Assembly (NCBI GenBank): GCA_963702435.1
Contig: CAVPCR010000001.1
Span: 1,088,001-1,152,000 of the forward strand
Length of the DNA: 64,000 nt
From: Candidatus Eiseniibacteriota bacterium
GTDB taxonomy: Bacteria; Eisenbacteria; RBG-16-71-46; CAVPCR01
Reading direction: 5' to 3'
Every line of letters starts with the position of its first letter. Position 1 is the stretch's first letter. The notes below the pieces were generated by a model that saw only the letters and a program-made list of their open reading frames with translations, was not told the origin of the DNA and ran no database searches. Positions 38,267-49,328 of the stretch are shown here, one piece after another. A program made the position numbers and the translations under genes.

Positions 38267-39763
38267 ATGCGCAAGTCGACCTTCGCTGTCGCCGCCCTGG
38301 CCCTGGCGCTCCTCACGCTGGCCGCCGCCAGCCGCCCCGCTGCGAGCGCCCTCAACACCGAACGGATCGCCTCGGGCCTGAACCGGCCCATCTACGCAAC
38401 CGCTCCCCCCGGGGACGATCGGCTCTTCATCGTCGAGCAGCGCGGAGTGATCAAGATCTATCGGAACGGACAGGTGCTCCCTCGCCCCTTCCTCGACATC
38501 GACGCCCTCGTCCCCAACATCTCGGGGAACGACGAACGCGGGCTCCTCGGGCTCGCCTTCCATCCGAACTTCGCGCAGAACCGCCACATCTATCTCAACT
38601 ACATCAATCTCTCGAACAACACGGTCATTGCGCGCTACACGGTGGCGGCCGGCAACCCCGATTCGGTCGATGTGACGAGCGCCTTCCAGATCATGACGAT
38701 CGCGCAGCCCGCGACCAACCACAACGGCGGCACGCTCCTCTTCGGGCCGAACGACGGCTACCTCTACATCGGGATGGGCGACGGCGGCGGCCAGGGCGAC
38801 CCGAGCAACAACGGCCAGCGCGACGACACCCTGCTCGCGAAGATGCTCCGGATCGACGTGGATGGCGGCTCGCCGTACGCAATCCCGCCGACCAACCCGT
38901 TCGCCGAGCCCGGCCTCCCGCTCGACGAGATCTGGGCCAAGGGATTCCGCAATCCGTACCGCTGGAGCTTCGACCGGGCAACGGGGGACATGTACATCGG
39001 CGACGTCGGCCAGGTGTCCTGGGAAGAGGTCGATTTCCTGCCGGCTCTCCCGGACAGCGGCGGCCAGAACTGCGGCTGGCGGTTGATGGAGGGCAATCAC
39101 TGCTACAACCCGCCCAACAACTGCGATCCGGGCGGCCTCACCTACCCCGTGCACGAGTACTTCCATTCCAGCCAGTGCTCGATCACCGGGGGGTATGTCT
39201 ATCGCGGCCTGATCCCCGAGATCCAGGGACACTACTTCTTCGCGGACTTCTGCTCGAACCAGATCTGGTCGTTCAAGATGGTCGGCGGGATAGTCACCGA
39301 GTTCACCGAGCGCACGATCGACCTCGCCCCGGGCGGCGGCCTCGCCATCGGCACGGTCGCCGGCTTCGGCGAGGACGGCGCGGGCGAGCTCTACATCTGC
39401 GATCGCGGCACCGGCGCGAACGGCGAGATCTACAAGATCGTGATGGACACGACCGGTGTCGGCGGCGAGGCGCCGCCGGCGAGCACCTTCGCGCTGGCGC
39501 CGGCGAGCCCGAATCCGTTCGCCGGCGGGACCTCGTTCGCGGTCGAGACCGCGCGGGCCGGGCAGCTCACCGCCGAGATCTACGACGCGAGCGGACGGCT
39601 CGTGCGATCACTGGCGATCGCCGAGTCCATTCCGGCCGGCACGCGCCGCTTGGCGTGGGATGGCGCGAACGAGCAGGGTACCGCGAGTCCGTCCGGCACG
39701 TACTTCCTGCGCGTCGAGTTGAATGGACAGGCGCTGACGCAGCGATTGAGCCTCATCCGCTAG
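38267..39763 (+). CDS. PQQ-dependent sugar (glucose/sorbosone) dehydrogenase family protein with FlgD-like C-terminal tail
   Basis: Signal peptide; ERGLLGLAFHP, NHNGG, GDGG, GFRNPYRWSFD, GDVGQ..WEE, SITGGYVY; PNPF..IYDASGRLVR..WDG..SGTYFLR. Confidence 0.92.
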   Translation: MRKSTFAVAALALALLTLAAASRPAASALNTERIASGLNRPIYATAPPGDDRLFIVEQRGVIKIYRNGQVLPRPFLDIDALVPNISGNDERGLLGLAFHPNFAQNRHIYLNYINLSNNTVIARYTVAAGNPDSVDVTSAFQIMTIAQPATNHNGGTLLFGPNDGYLYIGMGDGGGQGDPSNNGQRDDTLLAKMLRIDVDGGSPYAIPPTNPFAEPGLPLDEIWAKGFRNPYRWSFDRATGDMYIGDVGQVSWEEVDFLPALPDSGGQNCGWRLMEGNHCYNPPNNCDPGGLTYPVHEYFHSSQCSITGGYVYRGLIPEIQGHYFFADFCSNQIWSFKMVGGIVTEFTERTIDLAPGGGLAIGTVAGFGEDGAGELYICDRGTGANGEIYKIVMDTTGVGGEAPPASTFALAPASPNPFAGGTSFAVETARAGQLTAEIYDASGRLVRSLAIAESIPAGTRRLAWDGANEQGTASPSGTYFLRVELNGQALTQRLSLIR

Positions 39764-39921
39764 GCGGCGGGACCGGACCGGAGGCGGCGGGACCATCGGG
39801 GTGGAAGCCGTCGCGAAACGCCGCGCGCGTGCTGCCCCGACGCGGCGGCCACTTGCCTCGAGGGCGGGTGGCCGCCGTCCTGCATGCGCGGCCGCGCTAG
39901 CAGGCCAGCACACGGCCCGGA

Positions 39922-40386
39922 CTAGCGCCGTCCGGCAGCCCACTCGAGCAGGACCTCCCGCTCCTCCGCGCCGAGACGCGCTTCGGGATGGCCGAGCTGA
40001 TAGCTCGCCAGTGGCATCTTGCGCTCACCGACCTGCCAGCTGATATCGCTCAGCACATCAGCCTGCTCCTCGAAATCGAAGACCGGCCACTCGGAGAAGT
40101 TCAAGTCCTTGCGGCCATCCTCGACGTGCCCGGCCATCCACCACGAGATCGGCGCGATGCGGCTGTACCATGGCCAGCGGGTCTCGTTGGAGTGGCAGTC
40201 GTAGCAGGCGCGCCGGAGGATCGAGGCAACCGCCGGCGGCGCCGAGACGTCGGCCTGAACCGGCGGATTGGTGCGCGTGACCGGGACGAACTGGATGGCG
40301 GCAAGGAGCGCGGCCGCGACGACCGCGCTCCTCACTGCCCATTGCCTGCGGCGAGCCGCGGCACGCCGCTGCCTCTGGCCCCTCAT
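39922..40386 (-). CDS. Monoheme Haem_bd-type cytochrome c
   Basis: TNPP..ILRRACYDCHSNETRWPWYS..H..GR..LNFSEW..MPLASY..H. Confidence 0.9.
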   Translation of the reverse strand: MRGQRQRRAAARRRQWAVRSAVVAAALLAAIQFVPVTRTNPPVQADVSAPPAVASILRRACYDCHSNETRWPWYSRIAPISWWMAGHVEDGRKDLNFSEWPVFDFEEQADVLSDISWQVGERKMPLASYQLGHPEARLGAEEREVLLEWAAGRR

Positions 40387-41135
40387 CACGGCTTCTTCAG
40401 CTGTCCGAGCATCCACTTGGCCTGCTCGTTGCCGGGCTCGAGCTCAAGCGCCTTGTTCACGCTGGCGAGCGCGCCGGCGCTGTCGCCCTTCATCTGCTGG
40501 ATGTTCGCCTTGGTCAGGTAGCTGCCCGCATCCTGCGGGTTCACCTCGATGTTGAGATCGACCATGGTCAGGGCTGCGTCCATGCTGGCCGGATCCTGCG
40601 CCAGCGCCGTCGCGACCTGGCCCAGCGTCTGCGGGCTGAAATCGTACGACCCGGTGCCGTAGTACTGCTTGCGCAGCTCCTTGTACCTGGCAACGGCGGC
40701 GGGGGTGCCGTCCTTCTTCACGACGCCGAGCAGCACACGATCCAGAGTGGCCGGATCGGGAAGACCGCGGTGACAGGTCATGCAGCGGACCTGCGCGTTG
40801 GGCTCGCCGGCAGCCGGGAGGAGATCCTTGTTGATGCCGGCGACCATCGTCATCATGCCCCGCGCCACCTTCTTGGGCTCGAGGGCATCGCTGGCCCAGT
40901 CGATCGTGTTGCGATCTCCCGGCGTCTTCTCGACGTGGCAATGCGTGCAGTTCACGCCCAGCGCGCTCGAGAAGTCCTTCATGATACTCATGAGCTGGCG
41001 CTTGCCGACGTCCTTCGGAAGCACCTTGAGGTTCGTGAACTGGTCCGGGATTTGGGCGGTCGCCGCGCCCGCCAGCAGCAGCGAGGCGAGGAAGATCGAA
41101 GCGGCGCATCGTGTCAGGTTCATCCGATTCATCAT
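40386..41135 (-). CDS. Diheme c-type cytochrome (reaction-centre cytochrome-subunit-like domain) with C-terminal TPR
   Basis: Signal peptide; NLKVLP..M..FSSALGVNCTHCH..K..ARGMMTM..IN..CMTCHRG; TPR tail KALELEPGN. Confidence 0.88.
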   Translation of the reverse strand: MMNRMNLTRCAASIFLASLLLAGAATAQIPDQFTNLKVLPKDVGKRQLMSIMKDFSSALGVNCTHCHVEKTPGDRNTIDWASDALEPKKVARGMMTMVAGINKDLLPAAGEPNAQVRCMTCHRGLPDPATLDRVLLGVVKKDGTPAAVARYKELRKQYYGTGSYDFSPQTLGQVATALAQDPASMDAALTMVDLNIEVNPQDAGSYLTKANIQQMKGDSAGALASVNKALELEPGNEQAKWMLGQLKKP

Positions 41136-41414
41136 CGCTCCCGTCGGTTGGTCCATGGGGACTGCCATACTGCATACTACGCCAGGTCGACGCCGGCAGC
41201 CAACACCCGACCGCTCTGATGATCGGCAGGGCCACACGAGGCCGCATCCGAGAGCGGCCTCGCGTGGCCCTGCTGCAACTACATACACCGTGCCCGTACT
41301 CGCCGCCGGCGGCGCTGCGGCCTCCGCCGGGATTCCGGGAGTCCCGGGATGGAAAGGGGGCCGGCGTGACCGCCGACCCCCTGGGCTTCCGCTATCGGAC
41401 CGCCGTCCCGAACT

Positions 41415-41792
41415 CTACGGACATGGGCACTTGGTACCCACGGGATCGGTCCGCGCCGAGCAGATCTTCGTTCCACTGGCGTCGTAGGCCACGAGCAGAT
41501 ACTCGATGCACTCGCCGGGATCGAATCCCGAGTGGCTGTAGGAAGTCCCGGTCACGATGGCCAGGAGCTGGCTCGAGCCGCACCCGCGGAAGGCGAGCAG
41601 GTACTGGCTCGCCCCGGAGACCGAGTCCCACGAGAGCATGCGGTCCGAGCTTCCGGTCTGAACGACGCTCAGCGTGCAGGGAGGCCCGGTTCGATCGTAG
41701 TCATCTTCAGAGTAGGTGATCGCCTGGACGGTGACGGCCGCCACCAGGGCCACGAGCGTGAGGATCGCGGGGACGTAGACTGCGCGACGCAT
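41415..41792 (-). CDS. Small secreted Cys-rich protein with FN3-like core
   Basis: CAGGAGG RBS; signal peptide ending VQA; LSWDSVSGASQY..VTGTSY..Y.LVAYD pattern; six Cys including terminal CPCP. Confidence 0.75.
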   Translation of the reverse strand: MRRAVYVPAILTLVALVAAVTVQAITYSEDDYDRTGPPCTLSVVQTGSSDRMLSWDSVSGASQYLLAFRGCGSSQLLAIVTGTSYSHSGFDPGECIEYLLVAYDASGTKICSARTDPVGTKCPCP

Positions 41793-42202
41793 GACAACCT
41801 CCTGCCGGCCCCAAGCCGGCGGATGTGACCGTGGGCCACCGGAGATCGCCACTCGCGATGTGCGCTTGCCGCCTCAGCTCCGGCGGCCGCAGGGCAGTGG
41901 GACACCGTGGATCGCGTCGGTGTTCACCGAGCAAGGACAATCCGCGGAGATCCCGCTCCATGGGCGGGATGGTGGAAGGCAGGAGGCAGGGGTGGAGAGC
42001 GCACGCGGATGCGGAGCATGGTGCGAGCCCGTGGTGTCGAGATCCATGATGCGAAGCCACCAACACCGATCGGACCGGACCAGCCGGGCTGACCAGCGTT
42101 GCGGGTGACGCGAGGGTGTCAGGAGCTGAGCGTGCTGGTCTTCTGGTTCTTTCTACTCCCTGTGCTTGCCTCGAAACTGGCGGACCCCAGGTGGCCCGCC
42201 GG

Positions 42203-45200
42203 CTAGGACGACACGGCCGCTTCGCCGCGGGCCGCGCGGCCCAGGAGCTTGAGCTTCGCCGCGCGATAGCGGAACGTGGACTCCGGAAGGCCGAGGAGCC
42301 GGGCCGCCTCGGGCACGTTGCCGCCCGCTACCGCCAGCGCCTGTCGCAGGATGCGTCGATCGAAGTCGCGCGCCGCGACCCGGTAGGGGCGCACAGTCGT
42401 CGGCTGTGGAGCGGCGGGCGCCAGCACCGGCGCGAGGCTCAGCCTGCCCTCCGCCGTGAGCCCGACCGCGAGCAGGAGCGCGCCACCGGCGCCGCCGAGC
42501 CGCAGCACGAGCTCGCCGAGCAATGTCTCCTCCGTGCTCTTCCCCTGCTCCACCACGTGGCGGATGAACGCCTCGGCAAGGTTCTCCCCGGCACTCGGAG
42601 ATGGAAAGCGCGATGCGATATCTCCGCGCAGCGCGCGCAACTCGGCGGCCACGTGGCGCGCGTCGGTCCGCGCGGCTGCCGCCTCGAGCTGAGAGAGATA
42701 GGCGCGCACGCCGGGTCGCCTCGGTGCTTCTCGTGACTCAACAGCGCGTGGATGGCGTCGACCAGAGCCTGCGCGAGGAAGGTGGCATCCGCGGTCTCGC
42801 GCGCCGCGGCCAGGGCCTGATCGAGCGCAGGCCGAGGATCGAGCCCGGAGCGCGCCTCCAGCATGCCGCGCGCGAGGTGGTACTCGGCGCGGAGCGCGGC
42901 GTCGGTGCTCTCGGCCGCCGCGCTGGCCTCCGCCACGCAGAACTCGGCCGCCGCCGGATCGCCGGCGTCGAGGTGCACGCGGGCCATCTCGACGATGGCC
43001 AGGGCCTCTCGCGCGGCAGCTCCACGCAGCTCCTGCCGGCACTCGTCAAGAGCCGAGAGGGCCGCAGCATAGCGGCCTTGCCAGCGCAGGAGGGTGGCCA
43101 GATTGCGCCGGCAGAGCCCGCGCATTCGCGGACGCGACTCTGCCAGCGCGGCACGCAGGAGCCGCTCCGCCTCGCGCCACTCGCCCTGCCAGAGGAGGAG
43201 CTCGCCCAGGTGCCCCCGGGCCGTGTGCGCTGCCGGGAGTGCGAACTCCTCCGCGATGGCGAGTGCTTGCTCGTAGTAGGTCCCGGCGGCGCCGAGACGG
43301 CCGCTGTGCCGCAGCAGGCGCCCGAGCCCGATGAGTATCGCAGGTAGACGGCCATGATCGCCGGTGCGCAGCCGGATCGCCCGGGCCTGGAGCAGCGCGG
43401 TCTCCGCCGGCGCGAGCTCTCCGAGGGCGAGCAGCACCTGGCCCCGGTTCGTGAGCTCCGAGGCGCGGAGTCCCTCGTGCGGGCAGCGCGCGAGGATGGA
43501 CCGCGCCCGGTCGAGAGCGCGCAGGGCGCGCCGCGGCAGGCCGAGTTGCTCGTGGATGTGTCCGAGATTGATCAGGGCGCGCGCGGCGAGCGGCAGGTCG
43601 GAGGCGCGGCGGGCGATCCGCGCGGCGCGGACGGCGCACAATGCGGCCTCCCGCCCCTTGCCCCCGACGATCTGCAAGGTGGCCATGCGATTGAGCGCCG
43701 CGGCCAGGACCACCGGCGGCCCCCCGGCCGCCTCCAGGGCCGCGAGATGCGGCGCCAGCCGCATCAGTCCGTCGCGCCAGTGGCTCGTGCAAAGGTCGTT
43801 GCCGGCCTCTTCGAGGTCGATCTGCACCAGCTCCGGCGTCAGCTCGGGGTGCGCGCACGCGAGCGCCCGGGCCGCGCCGTAGGCGCCGGCGGCCTCCTGG
43901 GTGAGGCGCCGTTCGCGGAACATGTGGGCGCGCAGGAGCAGCGTCTCCAGCCGCAGCCGCGGCGGAGCGCTCGGATCATCCTCCGGCGGAGCGATCGCAG
44001 CGAGCACGGCCCGCGATTCGGTGAGATCACCGATGCGGGTGGCGAGGCGGGCTGCCGCGAGCGCGATCGCCGCCCGGTCAACAGCGTGTGGGGCGAGACC
44101 TGCCGCGCGGTCGAGCGCCAGGCGGTAGTGCGCGAGGGCGGTATGCAGCGCCCCTGCGGCTTCTGCGCGCTCGGCGGCGGCCACGAGATCGCCGACCGCG
44201 GCCGCGACCTGACCGGTCGCCAGAAGGTGAGGGGCCCGCACCCCCGGCTCGACGCTCATGCCGGCGAGCGCGGCGAGGATGGCCTCGTGCCACGAGCGGC
44301 GGCGATCCTCGGTGAGCACATGCAGCAGCAAGGGGCCAAACGCGTCCGCCAGAAAGCGGAGATCCTGATCAGAGGCGCCGGACACCACGGCGTGCGGCAC
44401 CGTGAACGGGCCACCGATGATTCTCGCGGCGAGATCCCGCGGCAGCGGTCTGCCCCACACGGCCATGACTTCCACGAGCTCCCGCGCGCGCGGTTCGAGA
44501 TGATCGAGAAGGTCGCGGACCTCCGCCTCGATCGTGGTCGGCACCGGCGCGCCGGCCCGCTCGTCGTAGCGGATGCGGCCGCGCTCGCAAGTGAGTCGCC
44601 GGCTGTCGAGCCACGTGCAGAGAAGGACGCGCACCCGGAACGGGTTGCCGTCGGCCGCGGACTGGATCGCTCGGAAGAGCGGCTCGGGGTCGAGCGCCTC
44701 GGCGAGCAGCGGGGCCAGCATGCGCCGGAGGTCACGCTCGCCCAGGCGGTGGATCTCGATGACCTCAGCATCGGGAAGTTCCGACGGCATGAGGCCGGTG
44801 GTGAGGACAAGGACTGGTATGGAGCCGGCCTCGGTGGCGAGGTGCTTGAGAGCGGCGATCACGTCCGGAGAGAGATCTGCCGCATCGTCGGCCAGCACGA
44901 GCAAACGCTGCCCGCCCTGTTCGAGCCCGCGGAGGATCGCCACCGAAATCTGCGCGTAGGCAGGTACCGGCGCGCTCGGGTCCGGAGCCAGCGCGTCCTC
45001 GCCGAAACCGAGCTCACTCCCCACCACACGCATCAAGTCATCAAGCTCGCGCCCCTTGGCGCCGCCGCCCACTCGCACCGTCGTCCAGCCGCTCGCGGCG
45101 GCCTTCCGGGCGACCACCCCCAGGAGGCGCGATCGCCCGCTGCCTGCTTCGCCCACGATGTCGCCCGCGTGCGCTCTCCCGGCGGCTGCCGCCGTGAGCA

Positions 45201-46104
45201 GCGAATCGGTCGCGCTGATCGCCTGCCCCCGCCCGACGAGGAGCGGCGAGAGAAGGTGCTCGATCGCCGGCCGGCGCTCCGGCAGCACCCACGATGGCTC
45301 GCGAAGCCAGGCGGCCAGCGCGCGACCATCGGCCGGACGCCCGTTCGGATCAGTCGCCACCAGACGCGCCAGGAGCTCGCGCAACTCCGGCGCGATGACG
45401 ACCGCGTCAGGCGCCGACGCCGCACCGCGCCGGCGGCGGGGAGCCGCCAATGCTCCTTCCACCGCTTCGAGCAACACGACCCCGAGGCTGTAGAGATCGC
45501 TGGCCGGCGTCGGCTTGCCCCCGGTGCGCACCTCCGGGGCGAGGTATCGGCGGTAGGGCGCCGCGGACTTGGCCGGCATGAGGAGATGCGTTCCCGCCTC
45601 AACGAGCCACACTCCGGCCAGCTGCCCCTTCCTCACGTCAACCTGCAGGTGCTCCGGAATGATGAACCCATGGACCAGTCCGGCGACGTGAAGCTCACCG
45701 AGCACACTGGCAAAACTGCTCAAGCACTGGAAGAGCGCGTGCTCGTCGCCGAGATCGACGCCGCCGGCGCCGAACTGGCCGAGTCCCGCCGGGCCGTGGC
45801 GCATCGACTCGAGTGCGGTGAGCTCGCGGGAGTAGAAGAAGGTCTCGTCCGTGCCCCCGAGATCGAGGACCTGAGCGAGATGCGGATGCTCGACCTGTCG
45901 CAGGTCCAGAAAGACATCGCGAAACGCCGCGAGAGCCTCCGGCGACACCGCCGAGCGAGGAAGCGCCCATAGCTCGACGTCCTCTCCGCGCAGTCGATCG
46001 CGGGTGAGAAGGAGCTGTCCGACCGGTGTGCGCGCGAGGACTGCGGGCGTGCCGTATCGGGGATGCCCTGCAACGAGGGTCGGCGGCTCGTGAGATGCGA
46101 TCAT
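42203..46104 (-). pseudogene. Pseudokinase-STAND ATPase-TPR-Fis-HTH regulator (~1300 aa), apparently frameshifted near 42710
   Basis: Kinase-like N-terminus (YLAPE, SDLYSLG), GEAGSGRS, LADDA, GNPF and TPRs in ORF 46104-42439. The Fis HTH (ALAVAGGNVPEAARLLGLPESTFRYR) is in a second frame ending at 42203. The shift may be an assembly error. Confidence 0.7.
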
Positions 46105-46476
46105 CCCGAGTTCCCTCCGCTGGAGCCGTCTTGAAGACTGGCCGGGGGCTCACCTGGCTGGGTGCCCGCCCCTCTCGAGGACCTCGAAGACAGTACGGCC
46201 AGGGTTCGCCAGAAGTCTACGCGGACCGGCCTGCGGGCGCAAGGGCGGCGGCGGCTGACTCGAGGCCCCATGAAGCCTTATCCAGCAGCCTGGCAGTCCC
46301 CCTATTCGATCTACGACAACGAATTGCAAGAGGTCGCTGCGGATCGAGAGGCCTGACGCTCCATCCAGAGCCAGTGGCCCATCCGCCTGTCGCCCTTCGG
46401 TGCCGGCTTACCGCTCCCGGCTCAAGATTCTGTGCCCGGGTGACCTGCATCGCGCGGGGTCATTTGCCCCAGGACC

Positions 46477-46503
46477 TCAACCTCCGCTCGCTCCCGCCGA
46501 CAC
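46477..46503 (+). promoter_or_regulatory. Putative sigma28 (FliA) promoter of the pilB-like/pilT/pilU operon
   Basis: TCAAC-N14-GCCGACAC, same spacing as the flgM-like promoter. Confidence 0.6.
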
Positions 46504-46531
46504 TTGAGAGCTAGGAGGAGGAACCCGCCCC

Positions 46532-48133
46532 ATGGATCGCGCTGCCTCAGAGGAAATCACGCGAGCGGAGAGTTCAGTCACAGCCCCGGCGCGCCGCATC
46601 ACGGCCTTCCTGCTCGACGCCGGGGTCGTCACCCAGGAGCAGATCGCAGCCGGGCTCGAACGCCAGCGGCAAACCGGACTCCGCATCGGCGAAACCCTGG
46701 TCGAGATGGGGGTGGCCACCGAGGAGGACATCGGCTGGGCACTGGCCCGCCAGCTGGGCGTCGCGTTCGTCGACATTCGAAGCGACGCCATCGATCGTGA
46801 GCTCGTCGCCAGATTCCCGGCCAACATGCTCCAGCGGCTCGAAGCCGTCCCCCTCGTCAGCACCGGCGGGCGCATCTCGATCGCGATCTCGGACCCGACC
46901 GACAGCGACGCAATCGCCGAGATCGCCAGAGTGGCCCAGTGCCCGGTCGACGCCAGCGTGGCCACGGCGACTTCCATCCGTGGTGTGCTGGCCGAGCTGC
47001 TGGGCCCTCCGAGCATCCAGTCGACATCTCACGCCCTCCGCCCCGGCGCCGCCGCTGACCCTGCGATCTCGAATCGCTCCGCGGCGACATTCCTCGCCTT
47101 TCATCTCGAAGGAGCCGTGGAGGAAGGTGCGACCTCGCTCCACCTGGTCGCCGATGAAGAGAGCCTCCACATCAGCCGGCGCGTGATCGGCACGCTCGTC
47201 CAGGTGGCCACCGAGCGGGCCCGGATGCTCCAGCTCCTCCTCGATCGCCTGGAGATCCTCGGCTTCCCGGCGACGCGGGGCGGGGGACCGATGCTCCGCA
47301 CCGGCCAGGTCACCATCCCGCTTGGACACCGGTCGCTGCGCGTCGACGCATCGGTGCTGGCACACGAGCGCGGCCTGGCCGTCACGCTGCGGTGGCCGGA
47401 GGACGCGGTTCCCTACACGCTCGAGACTCTCGGGCTCGACGACCACCAGCTCGCGGCCATCCGCGACGCGCTCGCCCGGCGCGCCGGTCTTCTCCTGATC
47501 ACCGGCGGCAGAGGCTCGGGGGGATCGACCACTCTGTCATGCCTCTTGCGCGAAGCCACGGCGGCCGGGCGGTCTGCATATGCATTCACAGCGGCCGATC
47601 CCTGCCGGCCCGCCCCCCCCACCGGCTGCGTCCTGGTCAAGCTCCCGGCCGGATCGCTCCCCAATCTGTGGGAGGAGATCGTGATGAGCCACGATCCGGA
47701 TGTCGTCGTGCTTGACGATCTGCGCACGCGTGAACACACCCTGCTCGCAACTCTGCGCGCAGCCGCTTCGCATCTCGTGGTGGCGCGCATCGACTGGGAT
47801 GACTCCTTCGCCCTGCTCGAACACCTCGGGCAGGATCCGCGCCTTCGCTCCGCGTCAGGCGCGCCGCTGCTGCTTCTCATCAACCAGCGTCGGATGACGA
47901 TCGCCGCACGTCAGGCCTGCGGTCTGGAGACCTCGCCCCGGCCCTCCACCCGGGTCGAGTTCGAAGTGATCACCATCAACGACACGCTTCGTGAGGCCCT
48001 CCGCCGCGGCGTGCGCGAGGCCGGACTCCGCGCGGCCGCCCTCGCCCACCCGGGTGCAGGACTCGCCGGGCCGGCGGAGTCCCCCGCCGGCACCCACTCC
48101 GCAACGGCCACTGGTCCGACTGCAGAGCCGTAA
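46532..48133 (+). CDS. GspE/PilB-like protein with MshEN domain and degenerate ATPase
   Basis: RITAFLLDAGVVT..LRIGETLVEMG..ALARQLG (MshEN); Walker A GGRGSGGST lacks the Lys; PDVVVLDDLR; His box absent. Confidence 0.8.
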   Translation: MDRAASEEITRAESSVTAPARRITAFLLDAGVVTQEQIAAGLERQRQTGLRIGETLVEMGVATEEDIGWALARQLGVAFVDIRSDAIDRELVARFPANMLQRLEAVPLVSTGGRISIAISDPTDSDAIAEIARVAQCPVDASVATATSIRGVLAELLGPPSIQSTSHALRPGAAADPAISNRSAATFLAFHLEGAVEEGATSLHLVADEESLHISRRVIGTLVQVATERARMLQLLLDRLEILGFPATRGGGPMLRTGQVTIPLGHRSLRVDASVLAHERGLAVTLRWPEDAVPYTLETLGLDDHQLAAIRDALARRAGLLLITGGRGSGGSTTLSCLLREATAAGRSAYAFTAADPCRPAPPTGCVLVKLPAGSLPNLWEEIVMSHDPDVVVLDDLRTREHTLLATLRAAASHLVVARIDWDDSFALLEHLGQDPRLRSASGAPLLLLINQRRMTIAARQACGLETSPRPSTRVEFEVITINDTLREALRRGVREAGLRAAALAHPGAGLAGPAESPAGTHSATATGPTAEP

Positions 48134-48138
48134 TCACC

Positions 48139-49314
48139 ATGTCCATCGACTTGACTGCCATCCTCGCCTTCGCCAAGGAAAAGGGAGCTTCGGACATCCA
48201 CATTTGCCCGGAGTTGCCCCCGCTCCTGCGGCTGCACGGCAACATCCTCCGGCTCGACATGCCGGCTCTCTCCGCCGACCATACTCGCCAGATCATCTAT
48301 GACGTCCTCAACGACGAGCAGAAGAGGGTCTTCGAAGAACGCCATGAAGTCGACTTCGCCCTCGAGATCCCCAGCATCTCCCGGTTCCGCGCCAATGTGT
48401 TCTCCCAGCGTCGGGGAGTGCAGGCCGTGTTCCGCCTCATCCCTTCCCGAATCAAGACCCTGGAGGAGCTTGGAATGCCGCCGGTGCTCAAGGATCTGTC
48501 CAGCAAGGATAAGGGGCTGGTCGTGGTCACGGGGCCGACGGGATCGGGGAAGTCCACCACCTTGGCCGCGATGGTCGACTACATCAATCAGAACGAGCGA
48601 GGCCACATTTTGACCGTCGAGGATCCGATCGAGTTCGTGCACGAACCCAAGAAGTGCCTCGTCAGCCAGCGCGAGGTCGGCCCCAACACGCATTCCTTCG
48701 CCAATGCGCTGCGCGCCGCTCTCCGCGAGGATCCGGATGTGATCCTGGTCGGGGAACTTCGGGATCTGGAAACGACCCAGCTTGCGATCACCGCCGCCGA
48801 GACCGGGCACCTCGTGTTCGGGACCTTGCATACAAACTCCGCAGCGAAGACCGTGGACCGCATCATCGACATCTTCCCGGCCGGACAGCAGGCGCAGGTG
48901 CGCACCATGTTCTCCGAATCGATCGAGGGGGTGGTGGCGCAGACCTTGCTACCGGCGAAGGACGGCAACGGGCGAGTGGCCGCGCTCGAGGTTCTCGTGG
49001 GCGTACCCGCGCTACGCAACCTCATTCGCGAGGACAAGACCGCGCAGATTCTGTCGGTGATCCAGACCGGAGCGCAACACGGCATGATCAGCCTCGACCA
49101 GTCGCTGCGCGACCTCGTCATGCAGGGAAAGCTATCGCGGGAAGTGGCGATGCGGAAGTCATCCAGCCCGCGCCATTTCGAGGCTGCCAGCCCCGCACCG
49201 CCCGCGGGCGGTCGCGGCGACGGCGCCCGGCCCGGGGCCTCGCCGGCGGCGGCCGGGCCGGGGGCCGCGCCCGCCGGCGAGGCCGCTCAGAAACGCCTGG
49301 CCGGCGCCCGATAG
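48139..49314 (+). CDS. pilT: Type IV pilus retraction ATPase PilT
   Basis: GPTGSGKSTT, EDPIE, REDPDVILVGE, TGHLVFGTLH, ALRNLIRE. Confidence 0.96.
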   Translation: MSIDLTAILAFAKEKGASDIHICPELPPLLRLHGNILRLDMPALSADHTRQIIYDVLNDEQKRVFEERHEVDFALEIPSISRFRANVFSQRRGVQAVFRLIPSRIKTLEELGMPPVLKDLSSKDKGLVVVTGPTGSGKSTTLAAMVDYINQNERGHILTVEDPIEFVHEPKKCLVSQREVGPNTHSFANALRAALREDPDVILVGELRDLETTQLAITAAETGHLVFGTLHTNSAAKTVDRIIDIFPAGQQAQVRTMFSESIEGVVAQTLLPAKDGNGRVAALEVLVGVPALRNLIREDKTAQILSVIQTGAQHGMISLDQSLRDLVMQGKLSREVAMRKSSSPRHFEAASPAPPAGGRGDGARPGASPAAAGPGAAPAGEAAQKRLAGAR

Positions 49315-49328
49315 TCGAGGAGTCACCC

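Noticed and set aside
40386..41135. Photosynthetic reaction centre (pufC) call
   Set aside because: Only two hemes plus a TPR, and no puf or bch genes.
42203..46104. Avs-type antiphage STAND system
   Set aside because: No nuclease, TIR, SIR2 or protease effector; the C-terminal Fis HTH points to transcriptional regulation.
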